Positions 39,961 through 53,129 of a DNA stretch of 64,000 bases are shown here, piece by piece (positions within the stretch are counted from its first letter, which is position 1; the number at the start of each line of letters is the position of its first letter). The stretch is taken from the NCBI RefSeq assembly GCF_009914755.1, contig NC_060929.1; one strand, given 5' to 3'. The notes beneath the pieces were generated by a model. It made no database searches. It was not told the DNA's origin and saw only the letters and a program-made list of their open reading frames with translations. The stretch is from the human T2T-CHM13v2.0 reference genome, Homo sapiens. The position numbers and the translations under genes are program-made.

Positions 39961-41821
39961 CAGTGCAGTCTCTACTACACCACATCCAGAGAAAACTGCC
40001 AGGGGTACAGGTACATGCTAGAGATACAGGAAGAAGAAGGCCAGCCTGGAAGAATACTGAGAAGGCTCTCAATAGGAGAAGCAACTTTCCCCTTCGTTAC
40101 TGGCCACATCATCCTTGGGCACCATATGCAATGGGGCCAGTGCAATCACCTCTAGACTGAGACACCAGTTGCTCCCTCTTTTGGGAAAGGCTATCTAGTT
40201 CACTCTGCTGTAATGGTCCCAATGGAAATCAAACAGGAGAAAGAGAAATTATAGCTGCAATTTATACTCCTCTGGTATACTGTAGGGTAAATTATGGTTG
40301 CAATGAAGCTGTGATATCGTATGCTAATGTCCAAAATGAAAAAAACAAAAGGAAAAACAACGGGATTTTCAATGACAATGAAAAGTTAGCATAAGGATAT
40401 GAAAAACTAGAGAAAAAATAACATTTATATAAAGACCTAAAAATAAATAAAAGCCAGAGCCCTGAAGAATACTTGCTTTCATGTAAATATCATGCCCTTT
40501 AATGCTACTGTCAACGTCAAAATATATTGCTATTGAAATGCCAGTGTGTGAACAATTGTATTTTCTGCTTTACGTGTTCCATACGGCAGTGAGAGGGGAT
40601 GTTAGTCACTGTAACTAAGAGATCTGATGAGACTGGCACACATGGCTCATGAGAGGGGGCTTTAAAATGAGACTATATTATAATGAGACTCTATTATATG
40701 TTGTTTCAAATAAGTGATCTGTTTCTAGTATACGTTTATTTCAATTACTATATAATCCGTCAAGAAACTTTGATTGGCAATTTTAAACAAAGAACTATTA
40801 TCAAACACATTAGTGAGGAACTGATTCCACTTTTCTTCCCAGTGGGAATCAATGTTTTTAAACTAAGAGCTCCTTTTTTTTTTACAGTCACTAGTGCCTC
40901 ATAGGAAGAGAAAATGTAGCTGAACTTTACAAACATAGCAATTTCATACATAATGCATTTTTGGAAGTGGGGATTGCTTTATATTCACAGAATAAAAGCA
41001 GAACTAAAAGACTAGAAATCTGTATCATTTCCTATTAAATAGAACTGGAAGGGGGAACTTAAACAGTAAATATTTTCATTAGGAAATTGCAAGGGAATCT
41101 TGGAAGTTGAGGGTGCAACTTTTGACTGCTCTGTGAGCTAACCAGGTTCATTGCAACAGCTGGAGGGGGAGAGTTAAGCTGAATATTTGTAAATGCAAAG
41201 GAAGCATCACATACACATAAAACACTAATTTTCATCAGTGGGTCCCCATGTGGTGTGTGTGTACGTGTAGAAAATTTATTATTATCATCACTATATATAA
41301 CTCCAGTCAGTCTCAGCTAGTAAAGAACAGCTGTCTCCTATGAAACAATGTGCCTCTGAGGAGTCCCTAAGCAAGTCTCAGTGCAAGGCAAAGCAATCAA
41401 GACTGATTAAAAGGATAGCATTTAACAGCAGCAGAGGCAAAGCTGATGGGGGAGAAGGAGGGAGAAATCATTACACCCCAAATCATCCCAGCATCATCCA
41501 TTGGTATTACCAAAGCCTGCAATCATACCAGTATCTGTTTACAGTCATGATCACTTATTTCAATGAGAAAATTTAAAAGGTATTTGTTATACCACATATC
41601 TGATTATGCAGGTACGAAATCATGTTGTGTTCCTAGTACACAAAGTGTGATGTTCATCATCGTGCATTTGTATGAAGTGCAACATGGCAGGTGCTAAGAA
41701 CTCAGATTGTTGATGTCCTCCTTAAAGGCATTCCTCTGAGAGGTTACAGACTTACCTCAGTGATGCTCTCCAAACCTTTTTGAACCCTTCTTTGGGGGGA
41801 GTTTTTCAGTCATTCAAGAGT

Positions 41822-41863
41822 TTCTCTCTCTCTCTCTCTCACACACACAAACACACAAACACA
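41822..41863. repeat. Compound (TC)n(AC)n microsatellite
   Basis: Directly visible. Confidence 0.9.
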
Positions 41864-42122
41864 CCCCTACCTGTATATGAGAGCCAGTTGATTATGATGT
41901 GATTATTCTAGATATTTTTGTATAATTATTTTTCACCAAATGTATATTATCCAAGTTTATAATACACAACAGAATGATGCAAGCTCATTGTCATCATCCA
42001 ATTGTAGTTCATCCTTTTTTCTGTGATAATAAACCTCCTGATATTTAGCTGGTATATAGTACATGACCACAGACAATAAGAATAAATTTCATTGCCTTCC
42101 ATAGAGCTAGCTAGGACTAGTC

Positions 42123-42541
42123 TGCATTAGGCCATTTCCACACTGCTATAAAGATACTACCTGAGACTGGGTAATTTATAAAGAAAATAGGTTTAATTGA
42201 CTGACCATATTGGTCAAGCTGGTCTCGAACTCCTGACGTTGTGATCTGCCTGCCTCAGCCTCCCAAAGTGCTGGGATTACAGGTGTGAGCCACTGCACCT
42301 GGCCCCAAAAGGCACTTCTTACATGGTGGTGGCAAGAGAAAAATAAGAAAGAAGCAAAAGTGGAAACCCCTGATAAACCCATCATATCTCATGAGACTTA
42401 TTCTCTATCATGAAAATAGCATGGGAAAGACCGGCCTCCATGATTCAATTACCTCCCCATGGCTCCCTCCCACAACACATGGGAATTCTGGGAGATACAA
42501 TTCAAGCTGAGATTTGGGTGGGGACACTGCCATCCATAGCA
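42123..42541 (-). mobile_element. THE1 (C/D-like) MaLR LTR with an internal half-Alu
   Basis: 'tgcattaggccatttccacactgctataaag' ... 'gagatttgggtggggacac'. 'tagtc' at or near both flanks. Confidence 0.9.
42204..42304 (-). mobile_element. Alu 5' ~100 nt only (AluSg-like left arm, no tail)
   Basis: 'ccatattggtcaagctggtctcgaactcctgacgttgtgatc...gagccactgcacctggcc'. Confidence 0.9.
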
Positions 42542-42700
42542 AATAGTCTGTCAAACCAGAAGTTTATCAGGGACACAATTGAAAGGAAGTGGCCTTTCTG
42601 AGGTAGAAATAACCTTGGAATGGAAAGGTAAAAGTTTGCACTAGAGAAAACGACTTGGTGAGGAAGAGAGACAGCTGATCAGAAGCCAGAACACAAAGAT

Positions 42701-42887
42701 GCGAGGGCAGTGGCTTGCACATGTAATCCCAGCTACTCAGGAGGCTGAAGTGGGAAGATGGCTTGAGCCCAGGAGTTTTCAAGGCTGCAGTGAGCTACGA
42801 TGGCACCACTGCTCTCCAGCCTGGGCAATAGAGCAAGACCCTGTCTCAAAAAATGAACAAACAAACCATCACTACCAACAACAACAA
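42701..42887 (+). mobile_element. FRAM / free right Alu monomer
   Basis: Single right-arm monomer with a (CAA)n-derived tail. TSD aacacaaagat / aacacagagat. Confidence 0.85.
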
Positions 42888-43169
42888 ACACAGAGATAGA
42901 CTCAGAAAGTTGGCTGCAAACACCGCCAGGTCAGACTTTTCAGTATTCAGGAGGACCATTTCTAAGGCCACACAATGACGGTGCCAAAATTATGTCTGAG
43001 CAGGAGGGACAGTTAGACTTCAAACAGGGTCTAAGGCCCTCTCTGGAAAACAGTGCATACAAGGTAAGAGGAGTTTGTTTTTGTTATTTTGGAGTTTTTT
43101 TTTTTAAGTATTAATTTGTGGGTATCATGAAAACTTGGTTTAACTCCTAGATATTTTTGTTGTTGCTAT

Positions 43170-43738
<569 letters not shown>

Positions 43739-44022
43739 CTAAGAAATAGGGAATATCACTGGTCCATTGTTCTTTCAGGTCAGAAACTAAAGCATGGGCA
43801 CTGTCACATTAAAAGCATTAACGAGTAGAATACAGAATTTTAGAATGAATTGAAGCAAAGAGTGATGCCTATGCCTATCTTACTTGCTAACCTTATGATT
43901 ACAAGCTTCTGACTTATAGAATTGTAATTCTGTCAAATATGATTTGACATTTGAATTATGTGAAACTTTACAGTGATAATTTATGGTATTAAGGACCATT
44001 ACGAGAAAAATATGTCTTAGAG

Positions 44023-46270
44023 TCATTCATTTATTCGTAATTACTTACTGAGCATCCATTATGTTCCAAGCATTGAGGTCTCATTCTATGTCCTAACATA
44101 GAGTAGGGGTCATGTCCTATCAATAAACAAAATAGATTAAGTCCATACATGTATCTAACTAAAATTTTGGAAGAGGATACTGAACATAAACAAGTAAACA
44201 AATAAATATAGGATGTAACCTTGGGTGCCAATAGGTGCTACAAGTCAAAATAAATCAAGACTAAAATAAAAAGACCATTGCTGGGGTGGCCATTTGTTTA
44301 TTTGTTAACTAAGGTGGTCAGGAAGGTAACATTGGAGAGGAGACCCAAAAAAATCTTTGAGAACAAGTGAGAAGGACTAGAAAGTATAAATCCCTGATCC
44401 AGAAGTAACCTTGGTACATGCAAATACCAGCAAGAAAATCAGTGTGGATGGACTGGAACAAGCAAAGGAGAAAAATAGTAAGTGATGGGGTCAGTGACAT
44501 GGGTGGGGTTTACAGCCCATATTATAGTACTGGGATTTTATTTTATGTGTGATAGAAAGACATGGATTGGGTTGGAAGAAATCTGACTAGAGAGCTAAAG
44601 GGGGAAATGATAGGAATTGGGCTGGATTCATATATATTTTAGAGGTAGACACACATGCTTTGCTGAAGGATTAGAAATTAAATCTGAGGGAAAATAAGGA
44701 ATCAGTCAAATTGCAGGGGTTTCTCTTTTTTTACATGAATCATTGAAGGAAGAGTGGTTTGGGGAAGATGGAATCAAAAGTTTGAACTGAAAAGGTTATG
44801 TTTGAGATAGGTTTCAGACCTCAAGGAGAAGATGTTGATGGGGGGTTGGACTTAAGAGTCTGGAGCTTTGGAGAGAGCTCAGAAAGAGGAAAAAATATTA
44901 GGAACATCACCACGTATAGGTATTCAAGAGATTTAATGGGATCAGCTAGAGAGAAGAGTTTTGAGAACTACGCCATGGGGAACTCCAAAATTAAGAGGAA
45001 AAAAAGAAATAATGGATCCATTAAGAAAGTGAAAAGGAAGCAGTCAATGCGGAGATAAGGAGAAAGTTGAATCATAGAAGGTGAATAAAGAAAGTGTCTC
45101 AAGAAGGGGTACAGTGGCAGTGTCAAAGGTGCCAAATGTTTGAGTAAAATGAGGATCTAGAATTTTGCATTGGCTCTGGCAAGATGAAAATCATTTGGTG
45201 ACTTTAACAAGTGAATTTCCAGTGGGAATGGTGAGTGAATATGGGACAAAAGCCTAAATAGAGGAGACTAAAAAGGAAAGTGGAGGCAAAGAATTAGTGG
45301 TGGCAAATGCAGACAACTCCCTAAAGGTATTTTGCTTAAAAGGTAAGCAGAGAAGTGAAACAGTTGCTGGAGGAGATTCTGAGGTCTATGAAGCATTTTT
45401 GCTTTAACTTGTGATTCATTGTAGCCTTTCTGTATGCGGCTGAGATTGATCCAGTGGAGAGGTAGCAACTGTTATAATGCAGGAAAGAGAGGGGCAATAG
45501 CTGCAGGAGCAAGGTCCTTGAGTCAGTGAGACAGAATAGGATCCAAGCACAGGAAGAGAGGCTGGCCTGAGATAAAAGCAAGCTGTCTCCATCCTGTCAA
45601 CAGGAGAACCAGCAGAGTAGCAGGATTTAGATGCCATTATACTGATAGATTTGCTGTAGCAAAATGAGGCTGTTCTCCTCTGATTGCTTCTATTTTCTAA
45701 CTAAAATGAAGAGTTAGATAATCAGTTTGAGAAGAGAGGAGAACATGTCAACAGCTGTCTCAGAGAATGGGAGAAGCCATTGAATGGGTAAATGCAGTAT
45801 ATTTCAAGGCAATTCTGAATTCCCACTTGAGATTCTTGTGGTCATATGTTTTCTCTAGCCACAGTCAGCTGCTCTGGTGCAGGCGTACAGCAAATAGGTC
45901 AAGAGTTGGGTCTAACTAGAGATAGCGTTTTACTGGTCAAGTGCAAAGGAGAGGGGCAAGGGACAGGCTATTTGTAAAAGAGTTATTAGAATAGACAGAA
46001 TATAGATAAAAAAGGAATAGCTAAAATGGTATATATAGCTGTATATATCTATAGAATGCTCTATAGATTGAGTAGATAGAGTGGAAAGAATAGAAAAAGT
46101 ATGGACATTAGAAAGATAAGGGAGGTCTTCACTGAGTATAAAAATTCTTGGGCTGGGAGTTCGAGGGTTAACAAGTGAGGAAATTAGGAGGTAAGTCCAG
46201 GTACAGCCCCTTCAAGTCAGGATGATGATGGTGTTCACTTAACAGTTATAACAAGACGTAGTGTATGACC
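44023..46270 (-). mobile_element. Long L2a remnant
   Basis: Antisense tail 'tcattcatttattcgtaattacttactgagcatccattatgttccaagca', then a purine-rich body ('tcatttggtgactttaacaag..ttccagtgg'). Confidence 0.75.
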
Positions 46271-46277
46271 ATTCTCC

Positions 46278-46415
46278 AGAGCTGAGCTACGCAATATTGT
46301 GATTACCAGCTTCATGTGGCTCTTGAGAACTGAAATATGGCTAGTTCAAACTGAGATACACTGCAAATGTAAGATACACATTCAGTTTCAAAGACTTGCT
46401 ACAAAAATTTAAAGT
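46278..46415. mobile_element. MER33/MER3-like (Charlie) fragment
   Basis: 'catgtggctcttgagaactgaaatatggctagttcaaactgagat..gtaagatacac..ttcaaagactt'. Confidence 0.65.
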
Positions 46416-46479
46416 GTACCATAGTAGCTGCAGAGAAACAGGTAAATACTCATATTTAACAACAAAAAAAGTTTCTGAT

Positions 46480-46825
46480 GAACATATACAGAATGATGTA
46501 ATTAATATAAAGTTTTAAAATTGCAAAGCAACTATAAATTGTTTATGGATACATACATAGTAATAAAAGTATAATAATATACAGGGGTATGATTAAAAGC
46601 AAATTTAGGAAAGAAAACTGGACAGTGAGTAAGGATCAGGAAAATGAGGAGAAGTACAGGATCTACCATATCAATTAGGGTCTATTTCTTAGGGGAAAAC
46701 AAACACAAAGGAAAACGTCAGCAAACATGGAAAAATAGTATGATTTGACATACTGATTGGGAAGAATCTAAATGCTTGTTATATTACAACTTATACTTTT
46801 TAATTGTTTGAAATATGTTATTGTT
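46480..46825 (+). mobile_element. Old L1ME 3'UTR fragment
   Basis: 'ttgtttatggatacatacatagtaataaaagtataa..' and 'atgcttgttatatt..tatactttt..tgtttgaaatat'. Confidence 0.5.
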
Positions 46826-47294
46826 GGGGGGGAAGAAGATAATCAGTGAGACTTTTTTGAGTCAACAGAATCAGATACTTTCACATTTCTAGCAACTTTT
46901 TGTCCTTGCTGGATAAATTCTGTAAAATCAATAACACCAATAGCAATAAAATAAGTCAATATTTTCCTCACTTGCTATTAGTTAAGTGTATTTTCGGATT
47001 TCAGATATATTGGAATTCTATAGTATCGATTTTGACATCTTTTTCTTCAAGTTATTTTGGGAGCATCCTGGTCAGATACTGTTTTCTTGCAGAAGGTCAT
47101 TACAAATAAAGACATTCAATATTAAAAAAAATTAACAACCAACATCATTTTGCAGAAACTTTCCTTAACTTCAATTAGTCTTTCAAACTGAGTCTATTCT
47201 ACTAGATTCTTAAGTGTTTTACATTTCATGTCTATCTGAGTCAAATGTGACCCCGTCAAGGCTTTCAGTGGAACTGCTGGTGGTTAAACTACTT

Positions 47295-47760
47295 ACTTAT
47301 TCATTTAATAGTCAACAAATATTTGCTGAGAAACTACTATGCATCAGGCAGGAAACAGAATAGACAAAAATAGTAAACAAACAAATCTTCCGCCTTCACT
47401 AAGATTACAATCTAGTAGATGTCAGACAATAAATTTTTAAAAGTAAGTAAGATATAAAGTAGTTTACATTGTGATTAGTCCATGGAGATTTAAAGAGAAA
47501 GACAGCAAAAAAAGAAAAACTGGGATCTACGAGGGACACTATATTTGAGTAGAGTGGCCACAGGAGACATTTCAGATAAAGTGCTATTTGAGCAATAAAC
47601 TGAGAAGAGCTGAGGAACCAAGCTATGTGTTTTTCCGGAAGAAATGCATTTCAGACAGAGAGGATTCCAGTGCAAACCCCCTAATGAAGGAGCACGCCTA
47701 GGATGTTCCACGGAGAGCAAAGGAACCATTGTGGCAGGAGCAGAGGGGGATGAAGTCTAA
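47295..47760 (-). mobile_element. L2a 3' fragment
   Basis: 'caacaaatatttgctgagaaactactatgcatcaggca'. Confidence 0.75.
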
Positions 47761-47817
47761 GCATGACAGACACTTAGGGCTGAGTGAGGCACTCATCTGA
47801 GCACAAACTCTAAGCAA

Positions 47818-48728
47818 AAAGGGCTAATATTCAGAATCTACAATAAACTCAAACAAATTTACAAGAAAAAAACAAACAACCCCATCAAAAAGTGGGCGAA
47901 GGATATGAACAGACACTTCTCAAAAGAAGACATTTATACAGCCAAAAGACACATGAAAAAATGCTCATCATCACTGGCCATCAGAGAAATGCAAATCAAA
48001 ACCACAATGAGACAGCATCTCACACCAGTTAGAATGGCGATCATTAAGAAGTCAGGAAACAACAGGTGCTGGAGAGGATGTGGAGAAATAGGAAGACTTT
48101 TACACTGTTGGTGGGACTGTAAACTAGTTCAACCATTGTGGAAGTCAGTGTGGCGATTCCTCAGGGATCTAGAACTAGAAATACCATTTGACCCAGCAAT
48201 CCCATTACTGAGTATATATCCAAAGGATTATAAGTCATGTTGCTATAAAGACACATGCACACGTTATGTTTATTGCGGCACTATTCACAATAGCAAACAG
48301 TTGGAACCAGCCCAAGTGTCCAACAATGATAGACTGGATTAAGAAAATGTGGCACATATACACCATGGAGTACTATGCAGCCATAAAAAATAATGAGTTC
48401 ATGTCCTTCGTAGGGACATGGATGAAGCTGGAAACCCTCATTCTCAGCAAACTATTGCAAGGACAGAAAACCAAACACCGCATGTTCTCACTCATAGGTG
48501 GGAATTGAACAATGAGAACACATGGACACAGGAAGGGGAACATCACACACCAGGGCCTGTTGTGGGGTGGGGGTAGTGGGGAGGGATAGCATTAGGAGAT
48601 ATACCTAATGTTAAGCGACGAGTTAATGGGTGCAGCACACCAACATGGCACATGTATACATATGTAACTAACCTGCACGTTGTGCACATGTACCCTAAAA
48701 CTTAAAGTATAATGGAAAAAAAAAGAAA
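47818..48728 (+). mobile_element. Young 5'-truncated L1PA (about PA3-4), ~0.9 kb
   Basis: Near-consensus ORF2 C-terminus, 3'UTR with G-tract and poly(A). 'aatgagaacac' and 'attaggagat' are not L1HS-Ta alleles. Confidence 0.95.
47905..48508 (+). pseudogene. L1 ORF2p C-terminal fragment, frameshifted
   Basis: ORFs 47905-48342 and 48266-48508 give consecutive ORF2p sequence (..[14 protein letters not shown].. then [16 protein letters not shown]). An extra T in 'acacgttatg' at ~48264 breaks the frame. Confidence 0.85.
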
Positions 48729-49133
48729 AACTCAGGAAAAAACATAAGTAATACCCTATGGCAATATGTTTACAATTCAAACAATTGTAAAACAGCCAGG
48801 ATAGACAAAATACCAAAATTTCAAATGAAAACACATTTAGTATCTGACCTACATTACTAATTTTTTCCTTTTGCTTCAGGATCCACTGTGGGTCCCTGCC
48901 ACTGATTCTGATCTGTCTTTATTTACATTTTTGACACTTGGTTCATCATAATTTTTTTGCATTAATTTTGTTTTTAAAAATATCACAGTGAAATATTTAT
49001 GCTGATTCATGGGGATTTGGTGCTGACTTTAATTTTACACTTGAAGCTAGTGTTTCCCTTGTCTCACCCTAGTTCCAGCCTTTCTGTCATTTTGCAATTT
49101 AACAAACACCTTTCCTGCCTTTTATAAAAATGG

Positions 49134-50185
49134 ACTTTATTTTTAGAACTGTTTTAGATGTATGCAAAAATGAAAAAGAGTAGAGGACTTTTGCATGCAC
49201 CACACTCAGTTTCTTTTTATTATTAACATCTTACATTAGTATGGTAGGTTTGTTACAATTAATGGTCCAATATTGATACATTATTATTAACTGAAGTTCA
49301 TACTTTATTCAGATTTCCCCAGTTTTAACCTCTTGTTCCTCTCCTGTTCAAGAATACATCATCGCCTGTAGCAATCACATCTTCTTAAACGCCCCTTGGC
49401 TGTGGCTATTTGTCAGACTTTCCTTATTTTTGATGACCTTGACAGTTTTGAGAACTTAACAGATATTTTGTAGACCTCTCCATTATTGGGATTTGTCTGA
49501 TATTTTTCTCATAATAAGACTGGGATTCTTGTTTTGGGAGAGGAAGACCACAGAGGTAAAGTGCCATTTTTATCACATCACATACCATCAGCATGATTTT
49601 CTACTATTGATATTGACCTTGATTACCAGATCTGTCCATAGTAAATTTGCTCTTTTACCCCATTCCTCTCCATACTGAACTTTCCATACTGGAAGGAAGT
49701 CACTATTTGTAGCCTACACCTGAGGAATGGGAAGCTATGCTATCCCTCCTTGAAGGTGAAGTATCCGTGTAAATTATTTGGAATTCTTCTGCACAGATTT
49801 GTCTCTTCTCCCCCATTTGTTAATTTACTTCATCACTTTATTTTTACCAGTATGGACTCACAGATACTTATTTTATACTTTGAATTACAATCAAATATTG
49901 TTTTATTTATTTTATTGCTCAAAATGTCCCAGTTTTGGCCACTAGGAACTCTTTCAGTTGGTTCCTGTGCATCTTTGACATATCCTATTATTGTGGGGTT
50001 TTGGTGGGGAAGGGAGGAAAGTTCCTTGATTTCTAACGCTGCCAGATGCTCTAGCTTCATCTCGTATATTTCTTGCCCCAGTCCTAGAATCAGCCAGTTC
50101 TCCAAAGCCTTGGTTCCTTTCGTTTGAGAATGTTATTAGAAACCAAGTTCTGGCTGCTGGCTATGCTCGTTGCCACTGGGATGCT
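49134..50185 (-). mobile_element. L1MD-type 3'UTR
   Basis: 'ttattaacatcttacattagtatggt..tgttacaattaatg..ccaatattgatacattattattaactgaagt' and 'agaatcagccagttctccaaag'. Confidence 0.8.
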
Positions 50186-50739
50186 TCTTGCTTTTTGAAA
50201 ATCAAAGGTGACAGCAAAAAAAAAAAAAAAAAAAGGAAGAAGTTCTGATTATAACATTACTTTATCCCTGCAGACTTTAACTGATATGTCCAATTTTTAT
50301 CCTTAGTTTAATAAAATTTTTATGTAATTTAATATTAATTCTTTGCTGTTTGAGTAGTTACTTTCACGAGGACAAAGGAAAAGCATTCTCTTAAATTCAG
50401 TAGACTGACCAGCCACTGGGCCAAGTGCTGCACTCTCAAATGTAAGTGGTGGTGACTTTGAAAAATACTCTGCCTTGTATCTTTAAATGACAAGGAAAAT
50501 TCCATGTCATTATTCTTAAGAAATACTACATTCAACAAAACCAAGGCATGCCACAGAGACAGGTCCTTATATGACCTGCTGATTATATAAGGGGCCTATT
50601 TTCTCTTTCTCCTTTCCTTCCTTCCTTAGTTTCCTTCTTCCTTTCTTCCTGTTGAAAAATGGCACGGGGACAAATGTTTTCACCTCCCCCAAACCAAACC
50701 CAATTGCAGCCAGTTTCCCTCAGTCTCTCTATAATCCCT

Positions 50740-51500
50740 TAACTTTGAGAGGTTTTAAAATCTGAGATTCCCATGTGGCCAATTGCTATTCTTGCTCCAT
50801 TTATGTAAATAATCAGGCCCAACTTCAATGAAACTAAACTTATTGTACAAACAAATGGTCTTATTTTGATTATCTTTGGTAAAATTTGGATAACTGTAGA
50901 GATAATTTATGTCTCAAATAAACTATAGTATACCTGTTATTAGACTGTAATCCTTCATTGTTTTGGGGTTTTTATTATTAACTTAGAATCTGGACTGAAT
51001 TCTGAATTCCTCCAGGTTCTTCTGATTCAATTACCCCACTGTGATCTTTTGATTTGTTTAAGTGTTACCTTCAGGCCAGATTATGGCTCAGCATCATTAT
51101 CCAAACTGGGGTTTTGTGTAATCCTACTGCTGTTATTTTTACTCTGCATGATCCTTTTTAAACTTTGCACCCTTTGCCTGTCTAAGTTCTGCAGAAGTAC
51201 AACATTTAATAGGATAATGCTGGTGCAACATTTCAAAATGATAACCAACACCCATGAAGCTGACAAAATTGAACAATATACTCCAGGCAGAATTAGCCTG
51301 TGAGACACTCTGTAATCCTCCTTCTTGTCTTGGCTAAAAAGGTTTTGACACTGGTTTCTAGTCACCAATCATGTTCCTCCAACATAGGACCAAACCAACC
51401 GGGACAGGTCCATCCCAGCACCAAGGGACAATCAAAACCTAACTGCAGGTTGATTGACCAGCAGTGCGTTCAGAGAAAGATCTTGATCAAAAGGGGAAAA
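50740..51500 (+). mobile_element. MER4-group ERV internal 3' region (MER65-int-like) with env TM-tail remnant and PPT
   Basis: 'tatgtaaataatcaggcc..aaactatagtatacctgttattaga', hydrophobic ORF 51049-51303, and PPT 'aaaaggggaaaa' at 51489-51500. Confidence 0.75.
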
Positions 51501-51927
51501 TGTGAGAGTTGTCAGTACCAAAATGAAGCCATTTATGTTAAAACCAAACTAAATGGGGCCAGGAAGTGATGAAAAGAGAGTCTTCACACATATTTGCCTG
51601 ATTACAAGAACTATCACAAGAACTTTTTGAAAACTACAACCTTGCACAAAGAATACTTCTGTGAGGACATCTGCCTGGCAACTGCCTGTTGAACCTTGTA
51701 CTGGCACCACCCTCGTTATTAATCCTTGCAGCCAAAGACAACTGTTTTAAAACAACTGGTGTAACCTTTCACATTTTGCCTTTAAAATGTTCCCTTTGCC
51801 TCAATCTCTCCAGATATGCCTATGATCTGTTATAGCATGTGTATCCTGGATTATAATCCCTTTCTCATGCCCAATTATACTCACGTTTTTGGAAAGCCAT
51901 TCTTTCTATTGTTATTTTAGTTTGGAA
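51501..51927 (+). mobile_element. MER65-like ERV1 3' LTR
   Basis: Begins 'tgtgagagttgtcagtaccaaaatgaagcca' right after the PPT. Degenerate end 'tgttattttagtttggaa'. Confidence 0.8.
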
Positions 51928-51989
51928 GTTGCCTGTGAAATGTGAGGAAGAAGGCCTAAGTTCATGTCATGTCTCTGTTTTGAACCATT

Positions 51990-52510
51990 CAAAAATTTGT
52001 ATCACACTCAGAATAAAATCTAAACTCCTTATCATGGCCTGTAAGACCAACCATAACATAGCCTTTCCCTACCTTTTTAATTCATCTCCCACCACTATGC
52101 CCTAGCCAGTAAGCCAGTGTCACTGGGTTTCTCATTCTCCCTCAAACATGGTATGTTTGCTCCAAACTCTCCCCTTGACATTTGCTGTCTTCTCTCTGTG
52201 AAATACTCTCACTTCAGATATTCACAAGACTGACTCAAATCATCAGGGTTTGCCCCAGTGAGGTCTTCCTTGGCCACCCTATGCCAATTGCCTTTCCCTT
52301 TGATTCTGATGTCCTTACCCTGCCTTTTTGTCTTACTGCCACTTGGTACGATATGAAATGATATTTATCTGTTCATTTGTAGCTTGTCTGTTTTTGTTGC
52401 TAGAATATAAGTTCAATGAGGACAAGGATTTAGTCTGTCTTCTTTTTTGAGTCTGCAGTGTTTAGAACAGTGACCAGCACCTTGGAGGTATTTGATAAAT
52501 GTCTATTCAT
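51990..52510 (+). mobile_element. L2a 3' fragment
   Basis: 'cacactcagaataaaatctaaactccttatcatggcct' ... 'ctagaatataagttcaatgaggacaagga..tttagaacagtg'. Confidence 0.8.
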
Positions 52511-52637
52511 TGTATAACATAATGAGGCTAAACAGGTAGACTGGTCCTGCTTTCTTAGGAAAACTGGATACACATCTTCACAGTTTTTGAAATGGCTTAT
52601 ATTATCAGTGTTAATTCAACCTCCATCCCAGGCTTGA

Positions 52638-52638
52638 T

Positions 52639-52676
<38 letters not shown>

Positions 52677-52733
52677 CACAAATATACATATATATGTGTA
52701 TACACATGTAATACAGATACACACATACATATA
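52638..52733. repeat. (CA)n/(TA)n compound microsatellite
   Basis: Directly visible. Confidence 0.9.
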
Positions 52734-53129
52734 TTCCATTTCTCTTCTAATTTTCTTTGGTAAGGACCATTCTTAGATGACACATACTGTGGGAAAATTC
52801 TTCAAGTATGGTAGGGGTAGAGAGAAGGTGGAGTCCTCTGAGCTTTTTGTCAAAGATCTGCTCCTCTCTTGTGTTCCCTTACCATGTGTTTCTTTAAGGG
52901 ATGCATGTTGGAATCTACGTCTCCAAGAGTTAGATATTGTCATAAGTTTTCTGCATTTGTCAATAGTTGCAGGGCTTCCCCTTTCCTTATTAAAGACCCC
53001 TATCATCATTAACAATCAACTCTGCGCATGAGTTATCACATCTATAGTTTGGGGGGAACTAGAGTGTCCTACAGACAAAGTTTTGCAGCTCTTGAACAGA
53101 AGAATTTAATTTAATTTTATGAAATGGCC

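Larger units (their letters stand above)
47768..49082. mobile_element. MER96B-like palindromic hAT MITE split by an L1PA
   Basis: Left end 'tagggctgagtgaggcactc..gcacaaa', right end 'tctcaccctagttccagcc'. Inner inverted arms 'caaaataccaaaatttcaaatgaaaac' and 'gtctttatttacatttttgacacttgg'. Confidence 0.7.

Noticed and set aside
41750-41758. Strong minus-strand splice donor GAG|GTAAGT, with another TTG|GTAAGT at ~61618-61626
   Set aside because: Such motifs are expected by chance in 64 kb, and I could not define a matching acceptor or coding exon. RNA-seq would be needed.
47791-47817. 'actcatctga' as an upstream extension of the L1 with an insertion
   Set aside because: It is explained equally well by the MER96B left arm, so it may be coincidental.
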